The notes: generated by a model not told the origin, from the letters alone. A stretch of 64,000 bases of DNA from Deltaproteobacteria bacterium (GCA_013349295.1 DUZW01000018.1:2741-66740); one strand, 5' to 3'; positions 27,624 through 39,469 are shown, numbered from the stretch's first letter. Program-made: numbers and translations.

Positions 27624-28109
27624 CTACTCGGTCATGAAGTCCCAGACCTTCTCGTGGATCTTCTGCTTCACCTCCCAGAGCTCTTTCCGTTTAGCCAAAA
27701 GCTCCTTTTTGTCCGCGGTTGGATTGCGGGCCAACTCAGCATACTCGAACTGCTTCTCGTTGAATTTCTTCCGCAGTTCCTTGGTCGCATCCAAAAACTT
27801 CTGCTGGGCCTCGGGACTCAGGCTCTCCATGCACGGCTCCATCATCCCGCCGTGCATGGGGCCGCACTTTGAGCCACACTTGCTCATGCCGCCGTGGTCG
27901 CCCATCTTTCCATGCATCATGCCCGGCCCCATCATTCCGTCCATCATCATTCCCGGAGCCATGGGGACTGCAACCTGTTGCGGTGCTGAACCCTGCCCTG
28001 CTTCCTGGATGGCGCCGTCATGGCTTGCCCCATGTCCCGTCTGGGCGGAGACGGAGCCTGCCGCCAAAAAAGATGCCAGTAGGGATGCCAGAAAAATCCT
28101 TTTTTTCAT
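27624..28109 (-). CDS. Periplasmic ZraP/Spy/CpxP-like protein with Met/His/Cys-rich linker
   Basis: GAGGAGG RBS before ATG 28109; signal peptide MKKRIFLASLLASFLAAGSVSA; LSPEAQQKFLDATKELRK...KQFEYAELARNP helical domain. Confidence 0.75.
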   Translation of the reverse strand: MKKRIFLASLLASFLAAGSVSAQTGHGASHDGAIQEAGQGSAPQQVAVPMAPGMMMDGMMGPGMMHGKMGDHGGMSKCGSKCGPMHGGMMEPCMESLSPEAQQKFLDATKELRKKFNEKQFEYAELARNPTADKKELLAKRKELWEVKQKIHEKVWDFMTE

Positions 28110-28211
28110 TTTTTCCTCCTCGAAAAAATTGGTGTGTGCGCTTCGGGCCCTGCTGCGATATTGCAGCAGATATAAAACAAAGACATTCAGGGCGCATATT
28201 GGTTCCATCTT

Positions 28212-28268
28212 GCCAATAAAAAACGCCCGGCTGAATGCACCGGCATCAACCGGACGTTTTTTATTGGC
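28212..28268 (-). terminator. Intrinsic terminator of the 29277..28276 gene
   Basis: GCCAATAAAAAACG-CCCGG...CCGG-ACGTTTTTTATTGGC inverted repeat. Confidence 0.7.
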
Positions 28269-28275
28269 CAACGGA

Positions 28276-29277
28276 TTACCTGGTCTGCATCTCCACCCGA
28301 TAGATATTCAGGGCGTCATCGCCATCGGTATACTGAAACTCCACCCGGTATTGTCCGGGCTGCTTCACCTGGCTTGAGATATCCGCAGTGATCGGCTGAA
28401 CCTGGGTGTAGGACTTGAAATCCGAAACATTCGGCCCCTTCAGCAGATCCGGCCGCCATCTGGCCACCTCGGTACGATTCCTATCCGGGCCAATCAGATA
28501 CACCCTGCCGTAGGAGTTGCCGGAACGATTCCCATAGCCGTAAAAAACCAGCTTGCTCTGCCCGCCGACACTGTCCAAGGTGAAGGTATATATATTGTTG
28601 GAGATATTCCCTTCGGCGCCGGCAACCCCGTGCACCGAATTCACATGAATCTGGTTGTCCTTGCCTTTCCCTCCGGCAGAAGCCGAAACATTCGCCACCA
28701 CGGCAGCTGTCGGGGGCTCCGACACGGCAACCGGAGCGGCCGCCGTCCCCGGCAGAACAGGGCTCGGAACAACGGGAGCGCCGCTCACCTTTTTGCGCTC
28801 GCTCTGTACCACCAGGGCGCCAGCCAGATCATTCTTGCCGACAAGCTCCTTTTCCAGCTTCTCCAGCTTAGCCTGATAACTGCTGGTGGTCTTTGCCACA
28901 TCCCGGTTCTTCAACTCCGCGATCTTTTTTTCATATTTATCGTCAATGCCCTTGCGGGTTGCGGTGTCGAGCTTTTCCTGTTCCTTGAGATACTTGGCGG
29001 TGATCACCTCAATCTCTTTTTTCTTCGCCTCTTCCAGGGTGGAAAGCTTCTGGGCGTATCCCTCGAATTTTGAAAGATTTTTCTTGGCCTGTTCGTATTC
29101 CTCCTGGATTTTTTCGATATCGTTCTGGGTAGCCGCGGTTTTCAATTCCGCCTCGTAGGCCTTTCGCAGCACCTCAAGTTGCGGCAACTCCCTGTCAATG
29201 GTGATGATCTCCGCAGACACATAACCGGCGCCAAGCAGCAACGCCGCCCCCACAACCAACACTCCTTTCCATCCCAT
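28276..29277 (-). CDS. Exported hypothetical protein: coiled coil, Pro/Ala/Val linker, beta-rich C-domain
   Basis: AGGAGG RBS before ATG 29277; signal peptide MGWKGVLVVGAALLLGAGYVSA; Lys/Glu-rich heptads. Confidence 0.8.
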   Translation of the reverse strand: MGWKGVLVVGAALLLGAGYVSAEIITIDRELPQLEVLRKAYEAELKTAATQNDIEKIQEEYEQAKKNLSKFEGYAQKLSTLEEAKKKEIEVITAKYLKEQEKLDTATRKGIDDKYEKKIAELKNRDVAKTTSSYQAKLEKLEKELVGKNDLAGALVVQSERKKVSGAPVVPSPVLPGTAAAPVAVSEPPTAAVVANVSASAGGKGKDNQIHVNSVHGVAGAEGNISNNIYTFTLDSVGGQSKLVFYGYGNRSGNSYGRVYLIGPDRNRTEVARWRPDLLKGPNVSDFKSYTQVQPITADISSQVKQPGQYRVEFQYTDGDDALNIYRVEMQTR

Positions 29278-29496
29278 ATCTCCCTCCTGATTCTTGAAAA
29301 ATTTCCTTTTTTTTGCCATTCTACTTGCCTTCTCACCCTAGCGCATCAACACCCCAAATTCAACACCCACGCTCTTGAATTTTCGGCCTGTGCTTGACTT
29401 TTCCGAAAAAACCTCCTATCAATCGCTGCAGGGCGGCAGTATGACCGCTTCCCCGAGCACAACGCAGTGCAAGGAACATCGCCTTCTCAAATGCAT

Positions 29497-32142
29497 ATGA
29501 CCAACACCTCATCAGCCTCCGTTAAAATCACCCCCATGATGCAGCAATACCTTGAAATCAAGGCGCAGCATCGGGATTCAATCCTTTTTTACCGCTTGGG
29601 CGACTTTTACGAGATGTTTTTCGATGATGCCGTGACCGCCTCCAAGGTTCTGGGCATCACCCTCACCTCCAGAAACAGCAAGGATGACGAGAACAGGGTG
29701 CCGCTCTGCGGAATCCCGTACCATGCAGTTTCGTCCTATCTGGCCAAGATGATTAAGGCGGGTTTCAAGGTGGCGATCTGCGAGCAGGTGGAAGATCCGA
29801 AAGAAGCCAAGGGGGTGGTGCGGCGCGAGGTGGTCCGGGTGGTCACTCCGGGGTTGGTCACCGACGAACAGCTGCTGGACGACAAGGACAACCGGTATCT
29901 GGCCGCCATCTGTCAAAAGGGCAAGGAATGGGGCCTGAGCCTGCTCGATCTCTCCACCGGCGAGTTTTTGGTCAGCGAACGGGAAGACCTCGCCGCTCTG
30001 CTGGATGAACTCGGCCGTCTGGCCCCCTCGGAAGTTCTCCTGCCCGAAGAGCCCGGCGATGATTCGACCCTGACGGACCAACTGCAGGCATATCTTCCGC
30101 AAGGCTGCCTGACCAGACGGCCCGCCGCCGGTTTTCATCCGGAGGTGGCACGGCAGCGGCTGCTGGAACATTTCCGGGTAGCCAACCTGGCCGGCTTCGG
30201 CTGCGAGGAGCTGAAAGCCGGAATTGGTGCGGCAGGCGCTCTGCTCCTCTATCTGCAGGAAACTCAGAAAACCACCCTGGATCACATCGAGCGGCTCACT
30301 CCCATTGAGTTTGATCTCGTCCTGCTCATGGATGAATCCTCCCGCCGCAATCTGGAACTCACCCAGACCATCACCGGCGGCGCCAGGGAAGGGTCGTTGC
30401 TGGACACCCTTGACCTATGCGAAACCCCCATGGGGGCAAGACTGCTCAAGAAGAACCTGCTCTTTCCCCTGCAAGAGGTCGAGGCCATCCGGCAGCGACT
30501 GGACACGGTGGAACAGCTCTACCTCGCCCCCCGGTTGCGTGAGGAGATCCTGGAACTGTTGAGCAAGGTTTATGACCTGGAACGCCTCAATGGCCGGGTG
30601 GTGCTGGGCACGGCCAATGGTCGAGATCTCACGGCCATGCGGTGTTCCCTGGCCCAATTGCCCAAACTTAAAGAAAAGCTGGCCGAAGCCGACGGACTGC
30701 TGGCCAATCTCGGGACCACCCTGGACGAGCTGGCCGAACTCCACGCCCTGCTGGAGGCGGGGATCCGCGAAGACGCTCCGGTGACCTTGCGGGAAGGCAA
30801 CCTGATCAAGGCCGGCTATAACGCGGAGCTTGACGAACTGGTCACTCTGCTGCGCGACGGCAAGGCGCTGATCCTCGGCCTTGAGGCCCGCGAACGGGCT
30901 CGCACCGGCATCACTAACCTCAAGATCGGCTTCAACAAAGTCTTTGGTTACTATATCGAGATAAGCCGGGGTCAGCTGGCCCATGTCCCCGACGACTTCA
31001 TCCGCAAGCAGACCCTGGTCAACGCCGAACGCTTCATCACCCAGGAGCTCAAGGAATTTGAAGAAAAGGTGCTCGGCGCCCAGGACAAACGACTGGAGCT
31101 GGAATACCGTCTCTTTGCTGCAATCCGGGTCACGGTGGCAGAAGCCTCCTCCCGGATTCTGCAAACAGCCGCCCGGTTGGCCCAGATAGATTTTTTCTGC
31201 TGCCTGGCCGAGGCAGCCCAGAAATACCGCTACACCAAACCGGTGATCACCGCAGGCGAGGCGATCATCATCAAGGAAGGCCGCCATCCGGTGATTGAAC
31301 GCGCCCTGCCGCCGGGACGCTTTGTGCCCAACGATGTCCATCTTAACCAGGAGAACGAAGAGGTTCTGATCATCACCGGCCCCAACATGGCCGGAAAATC
31401 AACAGTGCTGCGGCAGACCGCCCTCATCACCCTCATGGCCCAGATGGGGAGCTTCGTCCCTGCCGCCTCGGCGGAGATAGGCGTGGTGGATCGCATCTTC
31501 ACCCGGGTCGGGGCCTCCGACAACCTGCGCCGCGGCCAGTCCACCTTCATGGTGGAAATGAACGAGACGGCCAACATCCTCAACAACGCTACGGAACGGA
31601 GCCTGGTTATCCTCGATGAAATCGGTCGCGGCACCTCCACATTCGACGGCCTCTCCATTGCCTGGGCCGTGGCCGAAGAGCTGGTCAACAAAAACGGCAG
31701 GGGCGTCAAGACCATCTTCGCCACCCATTATCATGAGCTGACCGAACTGGCCGCCACCAACAACCGGGTGAAAAATTTCAACATCGCTGTCCGGGAATGG
31801 AACGATACCATCATCTTTCTCCACAAACTGCTGCCGGGGGGCACCAACCGCAGCTATGGCATTCAGGTTGCCGCCCTGGCCGGGGTTCCGGCCAGAGTTG
31901 TTGCCAGGGCCAAGGAATTATTGCATAATATCGAACAAGGAGAATTCAACCGACAGGGCGAACCGCGCATCGCCACCTCGCCCAAGAAAAAAAAGCACTC
32001 GCAACCCGGACAGCTCTCCCTATTTGGTGCCGGAGAATCTCCGGCGGTACGCAGGTTGCGCGAGATCAATCCCGACACCTTGTCGCCCCGCGAGGCCCTG
32101 GATCTGCTTTATGAACTCAAAAGGCTGAACGATGTGGAGTAG
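29497..32142 (+). CDS. mutS: DNA mismatch repair protein MutS
   Basis: TPMMQQY, GDFYEMF, TGPNMAGKST, STFMVEM, DEIGRGTST, ATHYHEL, clamp-binding QLSLF. Confidence 0.97.
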   Translation: MTNTSSASVKITPMMQQYLEIKAQHRDSILFYRLGDFYEMFFDDAVTASKVLGITLTSRNSKDDENRVPLCGIPYHAVSSYLAKMIKAGFKVAICEQVEDPKEAKGVVRREVVRVVTPGLVTDEQLLDDKDNRYLAAICQKGKEWGLSLLDLSTGEFLVSEREDLAALLDELGRLAPSEVLLPEEPGDDSTLTDQLQAYLPQGCLTRRPAAGFHPEVARQRLLEHFRVANLAGFGCEELKAGIGAAGALLLYLQETQKTTLDHIERLTPIEFDLVLLMDESSRRNLELTQTITGGAREGSLLDTLDLCETPMGARLLKKNLLFPLQEVEAIRQRLDTVEQLYLAPRLREEILELLSKVYDLERLNGRVVLGTANGRDLTAMRCSLAQLPKLKEKLAEADGLLANLGTTLDELAELHALLEAGIREDAPVTLREGNLIKAGYNAELDELVTLLRDGKALILGLEARERARTGITNLKIGFNKVFGYYIEISRGQLAHVPDDFIRKQTLVNAERFITQELKEFEEKVLGAQDKRLELEYRLFAAIRVTVAEASSRILQTAARLAQIDFFCCLAEAAQKYRYTKPVITAGEAIIIKEGRHPVIERALPPGRFVPNDVHLNQENEEVLIITGPNMAGKSTVLRQTALITLMAQMGSFVPAASAEIGVVDRIFTRVGASDNLRRGQSTFMVEMNETANILNNATERSLVILDEIGRGTSTFDGLSIAWAVAEELVNKNGRGVKTIFATHYHELTELAATNNRVKNFNIAVREWNDTIIFLHKLLPGGTNRSYGIQVAALAGVPARVVARAKELLHNIEQGEFNRQGEPRIATSPKKKKHSQPGQLSLFGAGESPAVRRLREINPDTLSPREALDLLYELKRLNDVE

Positions 32143-34009
32143 GATCAGGCACAGCGCTAGGCGCAAGACAGGAACGCAAACCGGAAAGACTCCGCAAGAT
32201 GCAAGGCAAACCCCTCTTTTGCGCCTTGCCGCCTTCCGCTTGCCGTTCGTGTTTTTCATGCTCTTGCTGCTCGCCACCCCCGCCTGGTCCAAGTCTGAGT
32301 CGGACCAGGATGACATCGCCAGACAATACGAGCAAGCCAAGGCCTATTACCAGGATCTGGTCACCCACGACAAGGGCAAGGACCGAAACAGCTGGCTCAC
32401 CTCCGTCACCGCTTTCCGCAGCATATATAAGGCCGCGCCCGACCATCAGGTTGCCCCGAAATCCCTGTTCATGCTGGGCAAGATCTTTCAAACCATGTTT
32501 TCGCAGTCAGGCAAAGCCCATGATCTTGACCAAGCCATTTCTGCTTACGAAGAGCTGAGCTCCCGGTATCCCGGCAATACCCTGGCCGATGACGCATTTT
32601 TTATTCTGGGCGACATCTTTCGATCCGACAAAAAAGATCCCGGCAAGGCAGCCCGTGCCTATGCAAAAATCATTGCCATTTATCCTGAGGGCGACATGGC
32701 CGCCGCCGCCCAAGAACGGCTGTTACAGGTCAAGCACGCCGCAACTACGCCAAGCCCTCTGCCAGCCAAGGAAGAGATAAGGGAAAAATGCATCATCCCC
32801 CAAGCTGTCGATGAACCGCAACAAAAAGACCTTGCTGGAGAAAAAACCGGGATGGCCACGGTACTTCCCATCCATCACTGGTCAAACAAGCGTTACACCC
32901 GTCTGGTTGTCGAGACCACCGGCCCGGTGACCTTCAAACACCAGACCCTCACCGGAAACGAGGCTTCCCCGCGCCGGATATACATTGACCTGCACAACTG
33001 CCGCCTCAGCCCCGAGTCAATAAAAACCATTCCCATTGAGGACGGTCTGTTGCGGCGGGTCAGGAATGCCCAGTTTGATCCACAAACAGTCCGCGTTGTC
33101 CTTGACACCCAGACCAATATTTCCAACTATAAAGTCTTCACCCTTGCCGACCCATTCCGTGTGGTCATCGATGTCATGAGCAACGATGCCCCTCCGGAGA
33201 AGGCGAAAGAACCCGACGACAAAAGGAAAGCTACGACCAGGGGGAAAAAAGTCAGCCCAGCGAACAAAGCGCAATCCCCAACCCTGGCCCGGCAGTTGGA
33301 GTTGGGCATAAAAAGAATCGTCATCGATCCGGGCCACGGCGGTAAAGACCCAGGCACCTGCAGCCCAAGCGGCCTCAAGGAAAAAGACATCGTCCTTGAC
33401 GTGGCCCTCAGGGTCGCCAAGATCATCAGGGAAAAACTCGGCTGCGAGGTTATCCTCACCCGTGACCGCGATGTCTTCATCCCCCTGGAAGAACGAACGG
33501 CCATTGCCAATGCCAAGGAAGCCGACCTGTTCCTTTCCATCCATGTGAACGCCGCCCCGAACCATGACGCCCATGGAATTGAAACCTACGTCCTTGACCT
33601 GGCCAGCAACAAAGACGCCATGCGGCTGGCGGCCATGGAAAACGCCACCTCGGCCAAACAAATCAGCGACCTGCAAGCCATCCTCCTGGATCTCATGCAG
33701 AATTCAAAAATAAACGAATCCCTGAAGCTGGCCGGACTGGTGCAGGATAAGATGGTGAGCGGCCTGAACCAAAAATTCAGCGATGTCTCCAATCTTGGGG
33801 TCAAGAAGGCGCCTTTTGTGGTGCTCATCGGTGCCCAGATGCCCGCCATCCTCACCGAAATCGCTTTTTTGAGCAATCCCGAGGAGGAAAAACGACTTCG
33901 AAACGAGGCCTACCTTGCCGAGGTGGCCAATCACATCTCCGGCGGCGTAGCCCAATATGTTGAGAGCATGCGCCTGGTTGCCAATTACAGACATCCTATA
34001 TCCCGTTGA
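32132..34009 (+). CDS. N-acetylmuramoyl-L-alanine amidase (TPR + AMIN + Amidase_3); start uncertain
   Basis: IVIDPGHGGKDPG, EKDIVL, LSIHVNA, LTEIAFLSN; AMIN PRRIYIDL...VRVVLD...PFRVVIDV; N-terminal TPRs. Confidence 0.92.
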   Translation: MWSRIRHSARRKTGTQTGKTPQDARQTPLLRLAAFRLPFVFFMLLLLATPAWSKSESDQDDIARQYEQAKAYYQDLVTHDKGKDRNSWLTSVTAFRSIYKAAPDHQVAPKSLFMLGKIFQTMFSQSGKAHDLDQAISAYEELSSRYPGNTLADDAFFILGDIFRSDKKDPGKAARAYAKIIAIYPEGDMAAAAQERLLQVKHAATTPSPLPAKEEIREKCIIPQAVDEPQQKDLAGEKTGMATVLPIHHWSNKRYTRLVVETTGPVTFKHQTLTGNEASPRRIYIDLHNCRLSPESIKTIPIEDGLLRRVRNAQFDPQTVRVVLDTQTNISNYKVFTLADPFRVVIDVMSNDAPPEKAKEPDDKRKATTRGKKVSPANKAQSPTLARQLELGIKRIVIDPGHGGKDPGTCSPSGLKEKDIVLDVALRVAKIIREKLGCEVILTRDRDVFIPLEERTAIANAKEADLFLSIHVNAAPNHDAHGIETYVLDLASNKDAMRLAAMENATSAKQISDLQAILLDLMQNSKINESLKLAGLVQDKMVSGLNQKFSDVSNLGVKKAPFVVLIGAQMPAILTEIAFLSNPEEEKRLRNEAYLAEVANHISGGVAQYVESMRLVANYRHPISR

Positions 34010-34098
34010 ATCAACTCGATCCTCACGGGTTTATTTTCGCGGCTGAGATCTTCTCTCTTGGCCGTCTGCCATCATAACGGCAATACCGCTTGGCTGTT

Positions 34099-35166
34099 CT
34101 ACCAGGAATAGCCGACGCTGAATTTGTAGGTTGTATCCCCTCTGTTTTTATGATCGGCCGGCTGATTATCCCAATCATAATCTATCTCAATTGTCGTGGT
34201 CAAATTTGTCATAACGGGTATCCTGAACCCGCTCTGACTGCTGAACAGAAGGTCTTCCACGTCCTCAAGGTTGCTGTTGAACTGATGGTTGTGGAACGCT
34301 TGCAAACGGTTTTCGATGAGGAACTTGTCAAAATCCAGAGCAAAACGGAAAGCGGGATACTTTTGATTCGGATCTTCCACGTAGTCCACCATGACATAGT
34401 CGAAGCCTGATTCAACAGACAAGTTCAAATTCCGTGACTCCCAGAACTGGTGACCGGGGCCACCACCAACAATGGTCCGCAGGTTGATATCCTTGAAGCG
34501 ATCCTTTTTAAGTTTGATCTGAGCGGTGCCATACCATTTTGTGTTGAAAAAATGATCTATTTTGGCTGCCCCCTTGCTCTTTGACTCTGTTTCCACGCCC
34601 TCGTCTTCAACAAAGAGATAGCCTCCACTTAAGGTATAGCGCTTCTTTTTGCTGCGTGCGCCGAGCTGCCCATCAAAGTTGAACCTTTTTTTGTTATAAT
34701 TCCCATCGTTAGCCCAGTACCCTGCATCTAACCGACCGCTCCACAAAATACCCTTGCCGGTTATATATGGAGGCGGATTGAGATATTGAACCTCCGAGGC
34801 CGGAATCGCCGCAGCCTTCTCTCCATCCTCTTTCGCCGGACCGGCGTTAATTTCACTGACTTCAGCCAGGGTCTCGTTTTTAAGATACACCTCAACTGGC
34901 TGGTCGGTGGCAATATGGGCTACCTCGTTCCACTTGATAAGGATTATCCCGGCATATGTTGTCCTTACCGACACCGTCCCGTTTTCTTTGCTGATCAATT
35001 CTCCTGTAATATGATCCCCATTTTTTAAATGTACCTCGTCGGCAAGAGCATCTCCGGGCAACAGAGTACAGAAAAAACCAAAAAAAATGAAAATCGGAAT
35101 GTATATCAACAACTCGCTGCTCCTAGAAGAAAGGGCAAACAATTTAACCGGAAGAGCCCGGCTCAA
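34099..35166 (-). CDS. DUF481/YdiY-like outer-membrane beta-barrel protein
   Basis: ADEVHLKNGDHITG N-domain, alternating beta-strands, C-terminal SVGYSW; start uncertain. Confidence 0.8.
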   Translation of the reverse strand: MSRALPVKLFALSSRSSELLIYIPIFIFFGFFCTLLPGDALADEVHLKNGDHITGELISKENGTVSVRTTYAGIILIKWNEVAHIATDQPVEVYLKNETLAEVSEINAGPAKEDGEKAAAIPASEVQYLNPPPYITGKGILWSGRLDAGYWANDGNYNKKRFNFDGQLGARSKKKRYTLSGGYLFVEDEGVETESKSKGAAKIDHFFNTKWYGTAQIKLKKDRFKDINLRTIVGGGPGHQFWESRNLNLSVESGFDYVMVDYVEDPNQKYPAFRFALDFDKFLIENRLQAFHNHQFNSNLEDVEDLLFSSQSGFRIPVMTNLTTTIEIDYDWDNQPADHKNRGDTTYKFSVGYSW

Positions 35167-35203
35167 GTTTTCCGGCCACTTGGACCCGATAATGCCTGTA
35201 AAG

Positions 35204-35239
35204 AAAAAAACCTCACCCCAACAGATGCCGGGATGAGGT
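35204..35239 (-). terminator. Intrinsic terminator of the GltD-like gene
   Basis: AACCTCACCCC...GGGATGAGGTT stem preceded on the + strand by an A-run (U-tract on the - strand). Confidence 0.6.
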
Positions 35240-35266
35240 TCGCATACTTCTTCTTCGCAACAAGGC

Positions 35267-36676
35267 TTATTCGAGAGTAAAAGCCTTGCGTCCTTCCTTC
35301 AGATTCTTACCCTCAAGATACCGCTTAATGGACTCGGCTGCCTCCTTGGCCTGATACACTGCCTTGGCCACGGTCTGGGGCCCAAGCACCGCATCGCCGG
35401 CCGCAAAAATCCACTCCTCGGAGGTTTGCATGGTCACCTCATCAACAACATAGGTTCCCCAGCGGCTCAAGGCCAGATCAAGACCGGAACCGGCGGTGAT
35501 ATCAACATCCTGGCTGATGGCCGGGATAATGGCATCAGCGTCGAGCATAAAGTTGGATCCTTCCTTGGGAACTGGACGACAACGGCCAGAAGCATCACAG
35601 GCGCCGAGTTCCATCCGGATGCACTCTATCTTAGTCAGCTTGCCGTTTTCGCCATGGATCGCAACCGGAGCGGCCAGCATCTCGATGCGCACGCCTTCTT
35701 CCTCCAGATGATGGATCTCCGCTTGGGAAGCGGGCATCTCCGCCTTACTCCGCCGATAGAGAATGAACACATTATCAGAGCCGGTGCGCAGGGCGGTCCT
35801 GGCACAATCAATGGCCACATTTCCGCCGCCTACCACCACGACGTTTTTCCCGAGATTCAGGGTTTCACCGATATTGACCTTGCGCAGGTAATCAACTCCA
35901 TGCACCACCCCTTGCAAATCTTCTCCCTCAACCCCAAGCTTTCGACTCAAGTGAGCGCCAGGGCCGATAAAGACCGCGGCAAAACCCTCATCCCGGAGAT
36001 CCTGGAGGGTCTTATCCTTGCCAATGGTTACCCCATGGACCAAGGTCACCCCGCAGCTTTTCAAGGCCTCGCATTCAGCGGCAATGATCTGACGCGGCAA
36101 ACGATAGGATGGGATGCCCACCGCCAGCATGCCGCCGAAGACGGGAAGACTTTCAAAAATCGTGCAATGGTAGCCTTCATGGGCAAGATAATAAGCCACC
36201 GACATCCCGGCAGGGCCGGAGCCGACGATTGCCACCTTTTTGTCCTTGGGCATGGCGCAGGGCTGCAGCAGATTCTTATTATTGGCCACCATCCAGTCAA
36301 CGATGTAGCGCTCGAGCATACCGATGGCCACCGGCTCACCCTTTTTCCCTCTGATACAGTGACCTTCGCATTGAAATTCATGGGGGCAGACCCGCGAACA
36401 GATGGCAGGAAGCGAGTTGGTTTCGCGATCTTTCCAGTACGCCTCTTCAATCTTGCCTTCGCGCAACAGCTTGATAAATCCGGGGATGTCATTGTGAATG
36501 GGGCAACCTTCCCGGCATTTCGGCTTTTTGCATTGCAGGCAACGCTCCGCCTCAAGTTGAGCCTGCTTTTCCTCATAACCGGAAACAACCTCGTCAAAAT
36601 TCTTGATCCGTCCGGCAACGGGCAATTCCCGAGAAAATTGACGGGAAATGTTCATTCTTTCTTTTGCATCCATCAC
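35267..36676 (-). CDS. GltD/SudA/NfnB-like NAD(P)-dependent FAD/Fe-S oxidoreductase
   Basis: EAERCLQC...C...CP, CSRVCP...QCEGHC, GSGPAG, GGGNVAID, YRRS, FAAGD. Confidence 0.9.
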   Translation of the reverse strand: MMDAKERMNISRQFSRELPVAGRIKNFDEVVSGYEEKQAQLEAERCLQCKKPKCREGCPIHNDIPGFIKLLREGKIEEAYWKDRETNSLPAICSRVCPHEFQCEGHCIRGKKGEPVAIGMLERYIVDWMVANNKNLLQPCAMPKDKKVAIVGSGPAGMSVAYYLAHEGYHCTIFESLPVFGGMLAVGIPSYRLPRQIIAAECEALKSCGVTLVHGVTIGKDKTLQDLRDEGFAAVFIGPGAHLSRKLGVEGEDLQGVVHGVDYLRKVNIGETLNLGKNVVVVGGGNVAIDCARTALRTGSDNVFILYRRSKAEMPASQAEIHHLEEEGVRIEMLAAPVAIHGENGKLTKIECIRMELGACDASGRCRPVPKEGSNFMLDADAIIPAISQDVDITAGSGLDLALSRWGTYVVDEVTMQTSEEWIFAAGDAVLGPQTVAKAVYQAKEAAESIKRYLEGKNLKEGRKAFTLE

Positions 36677-36941
36677 AGCCTCCTACCCGAAAATTTTGGA
36701 CCATCGGTACAAGTACCGATATTTATCGCAATAACGACAAGTTAGACTTTAACTATATATGTTAATCTGTTTTCAACAGCATTTCATGCATAAATTCACC
36801 ATAAAGCCGCTTACCGATCGGAATAAATCCAAACCGCCTGCCCGCCACACGCTAAATGGCGCTTGACAATTCAGGGGATATCCCGCAAATTAATATTGTA
36901 GATTCCAATAATAAGCAGAAAAAAAGCGAGCCAACTATCCC

Positions 36942-37412
36942 ATGAAAGCAGAATTCATAAATCCTTTTTTAACAGCAGCCAAAAATGTTTTGGAAACCAT
37001 GGCTCAGACCCAGGTAACCCCGCAAAAACCCCGGTTGAAAGAGTGCAACACCTCCTATGGCGAGGTTACCGGTATCATCGGCATGACCTCCGAAGAGATT
37101 ACCGGGTCGATGATTGTGAGTTTTTCGGAAAAATGCATTTTGAAAATTGTCGCCAATATGCTCATGGAAGAGCCCAAGGAAAAAATTGACGACGAGGTTG
37201 TTGATGCTGTCGGCGAACTGACCAACATGATATGTGGCGGCGCCAAGGCGCAACTGGCCAAGCTTGACCACAAATTCGATCTGGCCACTCCCAACATGGT
37301 CGTCGGCAAAGGAGTTGAAATCTCCTATTATTCCAAAGCGCCAACCATTGTCATCCCTTTTGATACCGCCGCAGGCTCTTTTGTCGTCGAGGCAAATCTC
37401 AGCGAGAAATAA
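36942..37412 (+). CDS. cheX: Chemotaxis phosphatase CheX
   Basis: INPFL, VTGIIG, DAVGELTNMICG (E-x-x-N), ATP. Confidence 0.9.
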   Translation: MKAEFINPFLTAAKNVLETMAQTQVTPQKPRLKECNTSYGEVTGIIGMTSEEITGSMIVSFSEKCILKIVANMLMEEPKEKIDDEVVDAVGELTNMICGGAKAQLAKLDHKFDLATPNMVVGKGVEISYYSKAPTIVIPFDTAAGSFVVEANLSEK

Positions 37413-37436
37413 ACTCTTTTCCCCGATTTCCGCTCA

Positions 37437-37474
37437 TAAAAAAAAGCCGCTCGTTGCCGAGCGGCTTTTTTTAT
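37437..37474. terminator. Bidirectional terminator between cheX and atpC
   Basis: A-run-GCCGCTCG-TTGC-CGAGCGGC-T-run. Confidence 0.9.
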
Positions 37475-37494
37475 TATCTTTGTAAACTTGGTTC

Positions 37495-37917
37495 TCAGGA
37501 GGGCTTGTGCCTCTCGGCAACCTTAAGCCGACTCAAGGCCCTTTGCATTGCAGCCTCGGCCCTGGTTCTATCGAAATTTTCTTTCTGGGCCTGGGCCTCA
37601 GCCAACCGTTTTTCCGCACGTTCCTTGGCCCGCATCGCACGCGCAACATCAATGTCTGTCCCACGCTCCGCGGATTCAACAAGAAAGGTCAGCTTGTTAT
37701 TGGAGACTTCACAAAAACCGCCACTCACCATCAGGGTTTCTTCCTGACTCCCTGTTTTGTATGTCAGGACGCCAATCTTGATCGTACTCAGAAAAGGCGC
37801 ATGGTTGGCAAGAATACCAAACTCACCGCCATAGCCGGGAGCGGTGACGATGTCAACCTCCTTGCTCACTATGGCCCCTTTGGGAGTTACCACTTCCAAC
37901 TTTAATTTTTCAGCCAT
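37495..37917 (-). CDS. atpC: ATP synthase F1 epsilon subunit
   Basis: [30 protein letters not shown]. Confidence 0.96.
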   Translation of the reverse strand: MAEKLKLEVVTPKGAIVSKEVDIVTAPGYGGEFGILANHAPFLSTIKIGVLTYKTGSQEETLMVSGGFCEVSNNKLTFLVESAERGTDIDVARAMRAKERAEKRLAEAQAQKENFDRTRAEAAMQRALSRLKVAERHKPS

Positions 37918-37973
37918 GGGTAAACCTCAAGTCCTCACCGAACCCGGATGGGATCGGAAAGTCAGTCAATTCC

Positions 37974-39419
<1,446 letters not shown>

Positions 39420-39469
39420 TTACATTGACAATCTATGACAGCTGAATGATTCAGCCTGATTTCACCTGG

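Noticed and set aside
32132-32250. Arg/Lys-rich N-terminal extension of the amidase as a Tat or special leader
   Set aside because: It coincides with heptamer/hairpin repeat DNA after mutS; the true start may be later, near the hydrophobic signal.
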